DNA of 64,000 nt from Vicugna vicugna (lineage: Eukaryota): contig MU058037.1 of the NCBI GenBank assembly GCA_013265495.1, positions 312,001 to 376,000 on the forward strand, read 5' to 3'. Shown here one piece after another: positions 48,171 through 61,600 of this stretch (its first letter is position 1; the number at the start of each line of letters is the position of its first letter). The notes below the pieces were generated by a model, which did not search any database, was not told the DNA's origin, and saw only the letters and a program-made list of their open reading frames with translations. A program made the position numbers and the translations under genes.

Positions 48171-49809
48171 GAGGTAGATTTTGATTCATGGTTTTTGGAA
48201 GACCTTCCTACTAATGACAACACACAGCAATGAAGTGGATAAAAAGCCCCTTGTCACACATATATTCCAGTGCAAGCTAGATGACTCATTAGGGAATTTA
48301 CAAGTAAGAGATTGGAAGGGATGTCCTCTAAGTCTTGACCATTTTAAAAACCAAGGCTCTGATTGACTTTCATTTTATAGGTTTATAAAAAAATTTTTGT
48401 TACTTTTCACTATAGCTCTTCCTATAAAAGAAAACAAAATTGCTAGCTTTATATGTCTATTTTATTTGTGTTTCTCCCTCTCCCCTTACCCCTTTCATAA
48501 TTACATGCATAAATCAATCCCAGGGGAAAATGTGGCTATAATTAAAACACTATATTAGCTTAATGAGAAATAATTAGCCCCTTTGCAGTTATCTCAAGAT
48601 TGAGTGTAGATGATGATGGCTACAGTACCTTATTTCTCCTCTGTGCCACTCTCAGCTATGATGGCAGACTGAAAAGTGACTGGTTACCATGGTTTCCAGT
48701 GAAGGCAATGTACCATGTAATTATTGCATACAGCTATCATTACTAAATTTTGTATAGCATTTTGATGTAATTCAATAAATAGTTTGAGTCATAGCTCTAG
48801 AAGGACGTGCAACTGCTTATAGGGTAACGTTTCAGGGAATATTACATGAAATTTTTTTTCTATACAGGTTGCCTATCAGGGACACTGATGAATAAAATTC
48901 TGTAGTAGTTCTAATTCCTTTTCTCCTATCACAAGAAAAACTGGTAAAAGGAAGTTTCAGGTCTGCCTGGGTAGGTAAAGTAGTGTTGATTCAGGTACTA
49001 AATGAACCAAAACCTTCATTTGGTTTTGAGCTCGGTACTTAGTGAATCTTATTTCTTTAGCAGTCTTTAACAATGAAATAAAAATGCATGCTTTGTGAAA
49101 CATATAATAGGGAAGAAAAGAGAGACTTTTAAACCAATCTACCATCTCCTCCCTCCCTACAGATTCCAGAGCAAGTTTCCCCAATTTGTCACCAAGCGCT
49201 AACTAATTAAGGAGTTGTCACTTTCCTGGCCTTCTCTCAGTGCTGTGCACACTATAGGATATAAATGTGGGTGTGAGGGTAATCCTTCATTATATAGTCA
49301 AGGGAACTGCCAAGTGTTTCCATCTGTATTGTTATCATTTGAAGATAAATCATTTCAATTTATTTTAATAAAAGGCAAGCAGACATGTATCTATGCTAAT
49401 CTTCTTCATGCCTTTGATAACCCCTACTTTTAATCGATTTTCCCAATCACTTGCTTTCTGTATTACTGTGTTAGAAAGCCAAAGTCTTAACTAAGTCACA
49501 AATTGGCACCAGCACATGGAAATGGAGAAAGACTGATGCAAAATTGTCCTTAACCTTTTTATGAATAATGTATCCTTCTATTAAATTTTTAATTCATCAG
49601 AAATAATGTGGGATACTTGTAGGAAGCAACTCATCGACTTCGCTATCTCATATGTTCTCCTTGTTTTTCTCAAGCGTATGTATGACGTTATGTCCTCTCT
49701 GTTACTCAGCATGATGTGGAGTGGATATGAAGAAGTACAAGAAAGGGGTATTTTACACAGTTCCTTCTCTCAGGAATTCTGCCTGAGGGAAATGAGAAGT
49801 GCACACAGT

Positions 49810-50050
49810 ACTGGCAGCATAGTAGGAAGAACACAGACATCGTAGTGTATCTAACGTAGAACAAATAAGACCTTCTTGCCATTTTACCTACAGTGCTAAT
49901 TCACCTCTCTGGGCCTCTAGTCTCCTATGTCAAGTGGAGGTACGCAAAGCTGTCTGAGAGGGTACATACAAGGATTCAGTCTGATAAAGTAGTATGTAAA
50001 GTGTATAAGTACTGTATGTGGCACATAGTGGGTATTCATTATAATACAAT
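49810..50050 (+). mobile_element. MIR
   Basis: TTCACCTCTCTGGGCCTCTAGTCTCCTATGTCAAGTGG...TATGTAAAGTG...TGGCACATAGTGGGTATTCA. Confidence 0.65.
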
Positions 50051-51150
50051 AAAAATAATGATGGTCACATATTTTACAGCGATACTGAGCATTATGTCGT
50101 TGGGTGGGAAAAGGAATTGGAGTGATTGGGGAAGACATGGATGAAGTAGGATTTAAACTTAGACTGGAAGGGGTAAGCATGCTCCAAAGGTATGGAAGCA
50201 AGGGGAGTGTTTGAAGTGAAGGAAATAGCGTATGCACGTATGTGGCTATCTTCACAATTGATTTTTTCCTATCAATTTGACCTTTAGAACTCAATTGTGA
50301 AAGAATTGAACTTTGTTTTAGTTTTCAATCTATGTTTGCTTTTCTACATCTGTAAGGTCATGTTAAGATTTTGTCATGTTGTTTTCTTGTTATTTAAAAA
50401 AAATAGTAAGCACATTTTCTATTCCCACCAAGTATTGGGTGAAAATATCCTGTGGACCACTCCTAGGACTGCCAAGAAATCAGTACACAAAGATCCACAT
50501 GTGAGCAAAATTTGGAAAGTGGATCTATTCTGCAGCGGTTTTTCTTTAGCCCATTCTGCTCCTGTGTTCCGCCTTCCCATCTCTCTATGGTTATTCCTTT
50601 AATCCAGTTGCTTTATATTGTGCCCTGCTTGTGCTCTCCCACTCCATTAAAGCAATCTGATAAATGAATGTCACTGAGCCCAAAAGATGTCTGGCCATAA
50701 ATGTAGCGCCACTCAGGAAGTATTGCATTTTCAGAGTCAGGCCAGAAAGAAAAAGTGAACCCTTCATGGTAGGTCCTGTTTTAGGTGATAACTCAGTACT
50801 CCTTAAAGTATCATGGATTGATGACAGTCAACCCCAGCTTTGAATAAGGCAGGTAAGCTAGACATCTGTATTAAAAGTGGGGGCAGTGGTTAAGCCAAGT
50901 AAGAATGGGGAACTAATGAAGTATGTTTTTAAGGAGATGAGAGTGTAGTTGAGTGGACTCCTTCCTTGGGAATGGGCCTTCATGGATATCATGTTGGTGT
51001 GAGAGTCAGCTTTGCCTTCGGAGTCATGGAAGTGTGTCTTTCCCTGTCCCTTACCCCATTGTTCCTACTGAGAGGTGCTCTGAAGAAGAGTGTGTTGCAC
51101 GTGAACGGTGCTGAGCCAGATGAGCGTTTAAGAAATCTGGTCTGGAGATC

Positions 51151-51580
51151 TGCAGTAGACACTGATGTGCTTCCCAGATCTCTCTTCGCTGAAAGATTTG
51201 TTTTATCAATTGCTAGGAGGGCTGTCAGCAAATAGCCTTCAGGAATTGCCACAATTGTGGAGGGCAGTCTTGTTTAAAGTCACATCCCTTCTTGTGGGGG
51301 CTTATATCCACTGACTGATTGATGTTGAAGTACAAAGGTGTGGGCATCTTGGCTGACCTCAGGACCACTCTGTGGGGCAATTCTAGCTCCACAGTTCAAC
51401 GTGGGTTCTGCTGAGGCTGCCATTTGGCCTGGATTGTAGCTTGACCTCTCTCCCTGCCCACTCCTGGTTCCTCCCTCCCTTCCACAATTGTTGGTACCAA
51501 AGATACTTCTTAAATAAACACCCTGCATGTGGCAAAACTTTACCTCAGAAGGCGATTACTAGGGAACCCAAACTGCAACA
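51151..51580 (+). mobile_element. ERVL solo LTR, LTR16A-like, complete
   Basis: TG...CA termini; perfect 5-bp TSD AGATC at 51146-51150 and 51581-51585; CCCAGATC, GGAATTGCC, AATAAACACCCTGCA and GGGAACCCAAACTGCAACA landmarks. Confidence 0.9.
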
Positions 51581-52718
51581 AGATCTTTTCCTTTAGATTG
51601 TCAGTTCCCTGACCAGTGTAATGTGGGACACTGATGTGCAATAAAGGAGATTATGTGTGTTGAGATACTCATTTTTTGAGCATTCAGCATGACGGTGTGG
51701 GCCTGGCCTAGAGCAAGTGGAAACCCAGCTGGTCATCCAGAGTTCCTAAATACCTTGACCACTTATCCCAGGTGCTGTGCAAACAGTTTTTATTTTCTAT
51801 ATAATCTATTCTGTGTATAGGTTCAATAAAGACACTGTGTTTTCAGGAATCCTCCAAAGACACCATGTTATTCTAGGAGGTATAGTTAGTTTTTGCTATT
51901 ATGCATTATCACCTCAAGGTTGACATATTTATCAGTTAAACAGTTAGAAACTGAAAGGAAGAACCTAGAATTCTGAGGGACTGAGACATATGATAGTTGA
52001 GTTTTGTTTGGGAAATAAAAAAGTTTGGGAGTCGATACTGAACATGGAGAAATGTCAAGTTAGGGAGACTTTACAGATTCTCTACAAATAAATCAAAATA
52101 GCTGAAGTTCTCGTTTAGCCTGTGTTCTGCTGTTGCTTTCTCTTTTTTCTACCACCCACTCAGATTTCTGCATCTCCAAGAGCTGCACATAACATTTTTT
52201 CATAATACATTATATTAATTTCACAGCTACACTTTAAATAGAGGCACAGCTGCACTTGTCATTGAACAGTGTATGAAATAACCTTGGAGTAGTAACTGTT
52301 ATTTATTCTTACTGTGGCTTCAGTTTAATTGTATGTGGGCTTTGCCTTAACTTATAAAAGGTATTTGTATAATCCTCATTAATAACTGTAATTCCAGAAG
52401 TTAAAAGTTATAATAAGAGTTTACATTTTGATAATACTGTTCATACTAGTACCTGAAGTACTTTAAAAAAAAAAGAATTCTAAAGGGCAAAACTGCTATT
52501 ATTTGGGTTTTAAATATTTGTAGGCTTTGGATAGAAGGAATTATTCCAAAGTCATTTGGGGATAGAAAAGGGTTTTTCTTTGTTTACTTCAGCTCCCAAC
52601 AAGGTTGCTTCCTTTAGAAGAGAAAGAACAACATGGCAGTGCTGGCAGGGAGGGCTAATCTTGCATATATTTAAGCTATTCTTGAAGTTATTGCAATATT
52701 ATATTTTAAGCTGTCTAC

Positions 52719-52928
52719 CAGTGGTGTGCTGGAGCTGGTTCCCACCACCTGGAGACTGCTCACTGTGGCATATCTTTTCTCAGTGCTGTGTCCAGTAGCA
52801 TCATGTTGGTAATTTAAAATTAGTTATGGTCAAAGTATTTATACCAGTGCAAAAGTTTTAAAAATCAGGGCTTTCCCCTACCCTATCCCAAGAGAGCTAG
52901 TTGTTAAATATTTACCAGTATATTACTG
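52719..52928 (+). mobile_element. MER63A-like hAT-Blackjack MITE
   Basis: Terminal inverted repeats CAGTGGTGTGCTGG ... CCAGTATATTACTG; 8-bp TSD CTGTCTAC / CCATCTAC. Confidence 0.88.
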
Positions 52929-53849
52929 CCATCTACTTATATCCTGCATGGTACAAATTATAGTCTTACATGGAAAAAAATTTAAAGACATAGTATATAA
53001 AATGCAAAAGAATGGGTGATTAGTCCTTTCTAAAGTTCAAATGCATCCAGAATCTGGCATCTTGATGAAGACTGGATGAACACACAAGTTTTGGGTAACT
53101 TCAGGAAGGTAACTCCTCTGCATCTTATCCTATGCCTCAGATTCAACACTCTCCAACATTAATGCCTCTTTTTATGAGTTTTCTATGGCCAAGCTTATGT
53201 TCACTCTGAGAAAGGAAACAAAGCACTTTCCTCAAGGGACTGAGGTGACTTTGCTTTTGAGTTTGAAGCTATTGTACCTTAGGTGAACAAGAATGACTTC
53301 ATTAATGTGTGATTAAGCTCACTTGAATTTTGGCACAAATCATTTGCTTAGCTTTAAGTATGTTTGTTCAGGGTGCAGCTAGAGGGTGATGAAGGAGTAT
53401 CTAGCAGTTGATGGGTAGGGAGAGATCATGATATGCCCATTCAGAAAGATGGTTAGAAATCTGAAAATCCTTCCACTATCCTATGAAGCCACCCTCTTTC
53501 CCTGATCAGGGTGTGTGAATCTAGCATTATAAGACGCTTCTCAGCATAGAAATTTTGCAGGTGATATTTTAACACAATTTTAACATAAAATATGAAACTT
53601 TCCATGTATCTATACTTTGACTATTACATTTGAGAGGTTTATAGTCATTATATGCCCTCCATATTGCTCCTCACTGAACCCTTGATAGTTCTTTATCTTA
53701 ATAGGTATAATTACCTCCATACAGATAGCCCAAAGTATTATAAAAAGATTATAAACTTGCCAGTGCATTTGATTGTAATATCTATTAAACTATACAAAAC
53801 AAATGAAAGCTTGAAGTAATAGACAGTAAGTAAAATAATGATGCAAATA

Positions 53850-54800
53850 AGACTGTGAAACAATGGGTTAAGGCGGCAAGATCACAGAAAATTCCTCTCC
53901 TAAAACCTCATAACTAAACAGAAAAAATAATTTTTTTGTCCAAGAAAGGGTCAAAAATAAATAAGCAGAAACTAGGCAAAGAAAATAAGACAAGCTTATG
54001 ACATCAAGTTCAAAAGGGGTGTTATAGTTGAAAAATTGTGTTCTAGAGCAGCAGAAGGTAACACTTAGCAAAGGAGGATTCAATAAAATCCTAAGAGCTC
54101 CCCTTAATACCACTCAGCTTGGGGGAAAATATAGTAAGGAGATAAACAATACTGGGAAAAATCAAGGTAAAAATCTATAACTATATGCTCTTACATTCAG
54201 GAGCAAGAAGACTGAAGTTTTTTTTCCAAGGAATAGCAAAATTAAGAAAACAGTCTCAGTGGATTGGGCCTTGGTACAGGATTTCAGAAGAGAAAAAGGA
54301 GCAAAAAAAGATAGTATGTTTCTAGCTTACAAATAAATGAAAAAGAAACAGCCTAAAATGAAATTAAGTATAAAATCTGGGGAAGAAAAATATTTAGAGA
54401 TATAATAGAGGAAGATTACCTGGAAGTAAAGATTAAAACTTAAAGGAGCATGCCTCGTAGCAGGAAAAATTTTCTGGAGTTAATGAAACTGAGACATATT
54501 CTGGTTAACCTGTTGTACTTCAGAGTAAAGATGCAGTTCTTAAAGAATCACAGTTCATATATTCAGGCAGATAAATTAATTCACAAGTAGAAAAAAATCA
54601 AGTCCGTCTTATAGTTCTTCATAGTTAACATTTAATGCCGTAAGACAATAGTGAGATTCCTGTAAGTTCCAACAAAAAAGAAAATGGACCCAAGAATATT
54701 ACTCATAGCCAAGTAATTTTTCAAAATGCCACAGCAGACACTCCTAGACTGAAAAGAACTTGGGAAGTTCTTAGAAATCAAAACAAAAACTCTCAGAAAT
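53850..54800 (+). mobile_element. HAL1/L1 ORF1-like relic
   Basis: A-rich; GAGACATATTCTGGTTAA (RHILV) and ACCCAAGAATATTACTCATAGCCAAG (PRIL..AK) are ORF1-type motifs. Confidence 0.6.
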
Positions 54801-54984
54801 AGTATCCCCAAATGAGATTAAACATTTTAGGGGCTGCAGATGAAATGCTTTGGGCAGTGGGAAGAAAAATGTTAAGTGTGATAACCACCTTACCTTCCAT
54901 ACTGTCTGGTCACATCTGAAACTGAAGCAAGTACATTAAAAAAATAATGATTCCAAACTTTAAATGTTTCCCAATTTTTTTCCT

Positions 54985-55137
54985 TAATATTTTCAAATTT
55001 GACACTATTGACGTTTTAGGCTGGATGATTCTTTGTTGTGGGGGCTGACTTTTGCATTGTAAGTTGTGGTGTCCAAAAATGTCAGACACCACTAAACATT
55101 CCCTAGGTGACAAAATATCTGTGTGCGAATCAGTGCA
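54985..55137. mobile_element. MER20
   Basis: GACACTATTGACGTTTTAGGCTGGATGATTCTTTGTTGTGGGGGCTG...CCAAAAATGTC. Confidence 0.8.
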
Positions 55138-55319
55138 TTAGATGCGTCTTTTAGAAACAAGTTTTTTTGTGTGTGTGACAAAGGAACAGTTTTATTCAGC
55201 ATTTTCTTGAGCTTCACTTTTGTTCTGTTAAGTTTTATTGGAACTAAATTTAGTATTTCAAAAAAGTAGTTTGTCGTTTATATGAATCCATTGTTAAAGT
55301 AATTCTGCCTATTTATCTA

Positions 55320-56050
55320 TGTCAATCAATCATGTGCCTATTAATCTCTCTTTGTATCTGTATATGTACAGGGAGATGCTCATAAAATTAAAAGAGTAGA
55401 TATGTGGTTGATGACATTTTAGTTTAATTTCTTTTTAAAGTATTGCTTGATTTTTTTAAAGGTTAGCAAAATACATATTTTGGTAAAAAGTGAAACTATT
55501 ACTCTAAAAATTATATAGATATGCTTCATTTTATAATTCATTTATATAACAAAGCCTTGTCATAGTCTTTTGAAATATACATAGCCTTTAATACATTCTA
55601 CTTTGTGCAATTCAATTGAATAGAATAATTGAAAAAATGTATTAAAAGATTGCAACACCAAAATTTCCAAAGCAGCCCAGATACCCTCCCTATTAGTAGA
55701 AAATCAGCTTAATAAATGGTGATATAGCCTATTCAATAGAATTATAGTCATCTATTGATAATAAGATTGCAGATGAATATTTATTACATAGAAAGGTATT
55801 AATGTTACGTTAAATGAAAGAAGTAGGTTTTTAACATTTAAAAACCTACTTTTAACCTACTATATTATTCCTTGTTCATATAAAATGTTATATTATAGGT
55901 ATAAAAAAAGCTGCTACTCTACACATCAAAGTTTTTATCTCCAGGTGATAGGTGGCTTTTATTCATTATTTTTAATATTTCTATTTTTATTTTCTATATT
56001 GGAAACTTTATTAAAATCATATTATAAATTTGTAGTAAGAAATACTATCA
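55320..56050 (+). mobile_element. L1ME-like 3' UTR fragments
   Basis: AAAGCAGCCCAGATACCC...TTAATAAATGGTGATATA...TTAAATGAAAGAAGTAGG. Confidence 0.5.
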
Positions 56051-58604
56051 AATACTTTTAATCTCAGAATGAAGATACTATCATAGGTATCCATGTTCTT
56101 CAGGTACCCTTGATTTCCAGTATTAAAATATTAACCTAAATTTCCTCCTGACCTTCTTTGCTCAAGATTATATGATGGGGATGGACATTAGACAAGATGA
56201 GTTTACAGGAATGAATGCTGATCATTTGTTTTGGACCAAAAAATTATATGACAATCCAATAAAACAGAACAGATCCTGAGAATAGCTCCTTAGGAAAAAC
56301 AGCAACATCAAAATCCTAAGGAGGAGAAGATGGGCAAAAACATTTCAATACCTAGATTAATTGTGGAAGAGAGACAAGGACAGAACTAACCAGGAGAGAA
56401 GGATTGGTTTGGGGGTGAGGCACTTATGTGCTGGGCAACCATATGTAACCAGTTTTCTGCTTCTTTCTGCTTCTGCTTCCTCACCTTGCACATGAGTGTG
56501 CCAATGCATGTACAGATCATTGGTGTGCAGAACCCTATTAAAATGCAATAAAGCAGTCAGGTCCAATACCCATGGTACCCTGTGCACATCAGAGATGTCT
56601 CATAGAATTTCTAGGGCATCTTTTTCTGAAAACATTTATCTTAAAACATTTATTTTACAAATGAATCTTATTTTTTCCTTATTCATATAATGAACACACA
56701 CATTTATACATATATGTACGATTGTATACATACAATCATATGTATATGATCACTTGTATAGTAATGGATCCATTGGCAATTATAAACTATCACTCTTCAA
56801 CTTAATAATTTTTGTAACTTTGGTTTTTGCAAAGGATATTTTCTTAAATCAGCATTTATGAACTTCGTTTTTCTTTATGTAACTAAAAGGAAAACTAAAG
56901 ATGTGGGAACTGAGAAACCTGGGTTCTATTCTTGAAATTGCCATTATGATTCATGAAGTAGTGATTTCTTCAACGAAACTAAAATATTGGCTTAGTTACT
57001 TTAAATTTCAAAATGGAAAAAAAAATGATCTAGTACATGACATACTTCTATTCACATAGTCAATAGCAGAGTTTACACTAGAAATCAAATATTCTGATTT
57101 GTGGAGAAGTATATGGACCACTAAATGGGTAGCCTCTTTCATGCATGCAAAGTACCATAACGTTTTTCTTCATTCTGTGTCTTCATTCACTATTGATTAC
57201 CTTTGCCCTCATCTTTCAGCAAAGTCATTCCAAGCATTACAGTCAACTATATAGTGAAACCTTACGTTTTTCTGGAAAGTTGGTGCCTTCCTGGACACTG
57301 TCCATAACTATTTCTGGGTAAGAGTAGTTCAAAGTGGAGACCAGAAAAAGTACCTGCAATTCAATGTCAAGGGCATGGACAGTAGAATTTGACCTAGCAG
57401 AAAGCCCATGATCAACCTTCCAAGGCACTCAGAATAGTCAAACTACGGAAATAAAAGCCTATAAATTCAATGAAAAAAGGTCATCATATGAACAAAGCAG
57501 TATTTATTTTTTGTTAATTTCTCTAGACTTTTTAATGTAATTATATTAGTTGCCTTAGAGAGAGAACATAAGAACATAATGCTATGAAGCAGCCTGAAAT
57601 TATAATTACAGATAATTCTGTACTATCCCCCACACCCCATTTACCCATTGATATTAGATCATCCTGGTTATTTGTAAGTTGCTGTTAAGTTTCTGTTGTA
57701 AGATTTCTGATTTGAAATGAAGAAAAATAATACAGTGCTAGTTCTCACTAACCAACCATGAACTGTGTTTTGGGTATTGCCTTTGAATTTTTTGAGCATT
57801 GTGACAGGCTATATAGATCTATTAAATTTCTTTGCTGATAGTAGCAACATTTTATAGACTACTTCACTTGCCCTCTTCTTTGTTAGAGTTGAGGACTGAA
57901 GAAGCTTATGTTATCATGCAAAATAGCTGTTATACACAGGCCATGTAGTAGGGAGCCCAAATCCAACTGCTAACTAATTGGAATGTCTGTTTAACCCAAA
58001 TTATGGGCAGATTCCTGCCAAGATCTGTCTCTAAGTTTGTGATGATGTGAACATGTTCCTGAATACAAAGAAAGAAAAGCATTTGTCACTAAAGGACAAA
58101 TGAATTTTTATCTCTTCAAATAGCTTTTTTTAAGGTTTCTTGTGTTTATTTTTCCTGCTTAGCTGAAATGTTGGTAGTTTTTATACTTTTAAATATAAAT
58201 TATTTTGTAGTTTAAATCGACATTTTCTTCAGTAGGAACTGGGACAGATGATATTAGTTTATTGTTGTTGAATATTTCTATAAGAAATGTAAAATGATTT
58301 TCATCTGTAGCTACAATTATACATCTGAATTAAATATAACTCTTAATAAGGTATTATGTATATCTTCTTTAAGAAAAATAAAAAATATTAATTACTACTT
58401 ACAAATAAACCAATAGCTTTAGGATTTGAAAAACTAATAATCCATATTAATGATTATTATCAATCATAAAAATTTATATTAAGCCTACTATGTGTTAGGC
58501 TGGAGATATAGTAGTGAAAAAGACAAAATCCATGTCCCCACTGCCTTTCTATTCTAACTCATTAAAAAGTAAGTCCTGAACAAAGAGCCAAAGACCATAA
58601 AATG

Positions 58605-61600
58605 TCTGGGGAGTTCTGGTACTAGGTAAGATTGAATAAGAAAATCCACTCTGTGTCTTGTGCTAAATACGGCTATAAAACTTGGACATAATGTATGGAG
58701 CAGTTATTTGAGGGCTCTGAAATGCAAACAATAGCAGGCAGAAGGGGAAAGAAGATCAGAATTAAAAATAGCGCTGAACTGGCAGTTAGTTTACCACTTT
58801 TTCTTCCTTGAGTTTCTCCCAGCATGAAGACAATGCAACCCAAAACCCAGAGCAGGATTGGGGTGAAGAGGGAGAGCTCCAGGAAAAGACCTCTATTTTT
58901 GCCTCTAGAAGTGGGAAAGAGGTCTCCTAATGCTGAGAGTTGGGCAATCTCCCACTTGTTTTTTTCTTTTCTTCATTTTCTCATCTCTCAGCCCAAGCAG
59001 TCCCATGGCATCGGATGTGAGAATACAGAGAACATGTGGGAGAGGGGAGTCTTTCTGATGGAAAAAGCTGAGATCCCAAGAGGGCAGGAGCAAACTCCTT
59101 TTGAAGTGTTTCTTTGTACTCTTGTCACTTAGTCCTAAATGCAACACAAGTGGCAGGAAATATGTGGCAAAGTAAGATAAATAAAGCCACAACCTTCTGG
59201 CTAAAGGGCCATAATGAAGGGCACCAGGGCACCAGAAAGTCCTGGGGAAATCATAGAGGCAGGAATTTGGGAGACCAGCCTCTTAATGTTTGTTATGAAC
59301 TCCCAAACTCATCCATGACTGTGTGCATGGTTCTGTCTTACGCAGCCTACCGTAGACTTTGAGAACTGAACAACAGGGTAGACTGGCCACTGGGTGGTGC
59401 ACATGAGGGACAGATCCAAACAGCACTGAAAAGGCTTTGAAATTGGAACAGTCATTGAAACTATAATCTACGGAAGGCTGGCCAGAACTTGTGGCCTGAA
59501 CCCAACCGGGTCAATTACCTACTAAAACAGTAACAAAAATTCTCCATGTGATTTAAACACGATCCTTTCTTATAATGTGGTACTCAAAGTGTCTAGAATA
59601 TAATCCAAAATTATGTAGTATCCAAAGAGTGAGGAAAATTTAACTTGCATGGGGAAACAGAATCAGCAGACACAAACACTGAGATTACACAGTTGTTAGA
59701 ATTTTCTGATAAAGACTTTAAAGCGCCATTATAAAACTGCTGTAATAAGTAGGGATGACCACTCTTGAAAAAAAAATGAAAAGACAGAAAATGTCAGCAA
59801 AGAAATAGAAAATGTAAAGAGAAACAAATGAAAATTTTACAATTGAAATAAAAAACAACTGGAAGAGTTTAATAGAATGAAAATGATAGTGGAAAGAATC
59901 TGAATTTGTAGGTAGATTAGCAAAAATTATCCAACTTGAGCAGTTGAGTAAGAACAGATTAAAAAGTGAACAAAGTCTTAGGGACCTCTGAGATAATAAC
60001 AAAAAAGTCTTTGTGTCACTGGAAGCCCACCCAGAAAGAATAAAAGAGTGAAAATATTTGAGGAAATAATGGTCAGAAACTTTCCAGATTTGTCAAAAGA
60101 CATGAACCGACTGTGCATTCAAGAAGTTCAGCAAACTCAAAACAAGATAAAGCCAAAGAAATCCAAACCCAGACACATCATAATGAAACTCCTGAAAATT
60201 AAAGTCAAAGAAAGAATCTTGAAAGCAACCAGAGAAAAACATGACATTATTTATCGGGGAAGAGTTACTCATTTAAGAGCTGATTTCTCATCAGCAACCA
60301 TGGATGGTAGAAGGAATTAGAACTTTTTTAAAGTGATAGAAGACTTGTTCAGCCCATAATTCCCTATCTAGCAAAAATAATTCTTTAGCAATAAAGGTGA
60401 AATAAAGACATTCTCAGATGAAGAAAAACTAAGAAATTTTGTTGCCAGAAGACCTGTTAAGAAAGAATTGCTAAAGAAAGATGTTTAGAAAGGAAGGACA
60501 TGGTACCAGAAGGAAACTTGGAATATCAAGAATAAAGAGAAACATAACTGCTAAATATCTGGGTCTATATAATAGACTAGTCTTCTCCCATTGAGTTGTT
60601 TAAAATGTTTGATGGTTGAAAGTAAAAATTATAATGTTGTCTGATGAGTTTTCAATGTTATACATAAGACAATTACAACATGGGGTGGGGTAAAAGAACA
60701 TATATGATGCAAAGACTTTTTCTTACCACCTAAAGTGGCAAAATAGTGATTCAGTGTAGACAAAATAAGTGCAGTATATATAATACAATTCTTAAAGCCA
60801 CTCAGAAAAAGCAACAGGATATACAGTTTAAAAAAGAAAATAGAAACATTTTTTAAATGGGTAAAGGATCTGGATAGATATTTTTCCAAAGAAGACAAGT
60901 AGCCAACAGCTTCATTAGAAGGTACTCAATGCTGCTAATCATAAGGGGAATGCAAATCAAAACCACAGTAAGATATCACCTCCACTTGTTAGGATGTCCA
61001 TAATCAAAAAGACAAGAGATAACAGATGCTGGTGAGGGTGTAGAGAAAGGGGAACCCTTGTACACTATTGGTGGGAATGTAAATTGGTGCAGCCACAATT
61101 GAAAACAATATGGAGGTTCCTCAAGAAATTAGAAGTAGAGCTACTTTATGATCTATCAATTCCACTTCTGCATGTATCTCTGAAGGAAATGAAATCATCA
61201 TGCTAAGTGAAACAAGACAGATAAAGACAAATACTGCATGATATCACTTATATATGGAATCTTTTTAAAGTTGAACTTAAATGTTATCACAAAAAAGGTA
61301 AATACCAAAAAAAAAGTAAATATGACAGGTGATGGATATGTTAACTTGATTATGGGAATCTCTTCACAATGTATACATAAATCAAATCATGCTGTACACT
61401 TTAAGTATCTTAAAATTTTATTTGGCAATTATACCTCAATAAAGCTAAAAAAACCAAAAGATAGTAAGAGAGTACTATGAAGAGTTCTCCAAATGTAATT
61501 TCAGCAACTTCAATGAAATGGAGAATTCTTCAAAACTCAAAAATGATCAACATTTTCTGAAGATGAAATAGATAACCTGAGTAATTCCATAACTATTAAA

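Noticed and set aside
50966..51528. Cluster of 82-89 aa ORFs on both strands
   Set aside because: They largely overlap the LTR16A-like element; no recognisable protein or splice structure.
56705..56752. Nested hairpins (GATTGTAT-AC-ATACAATC; ATCATAT-GT-ATATGAT)
   Set aside because: Low-complexity TA/CA-rich sequence is self-complementary by chance.
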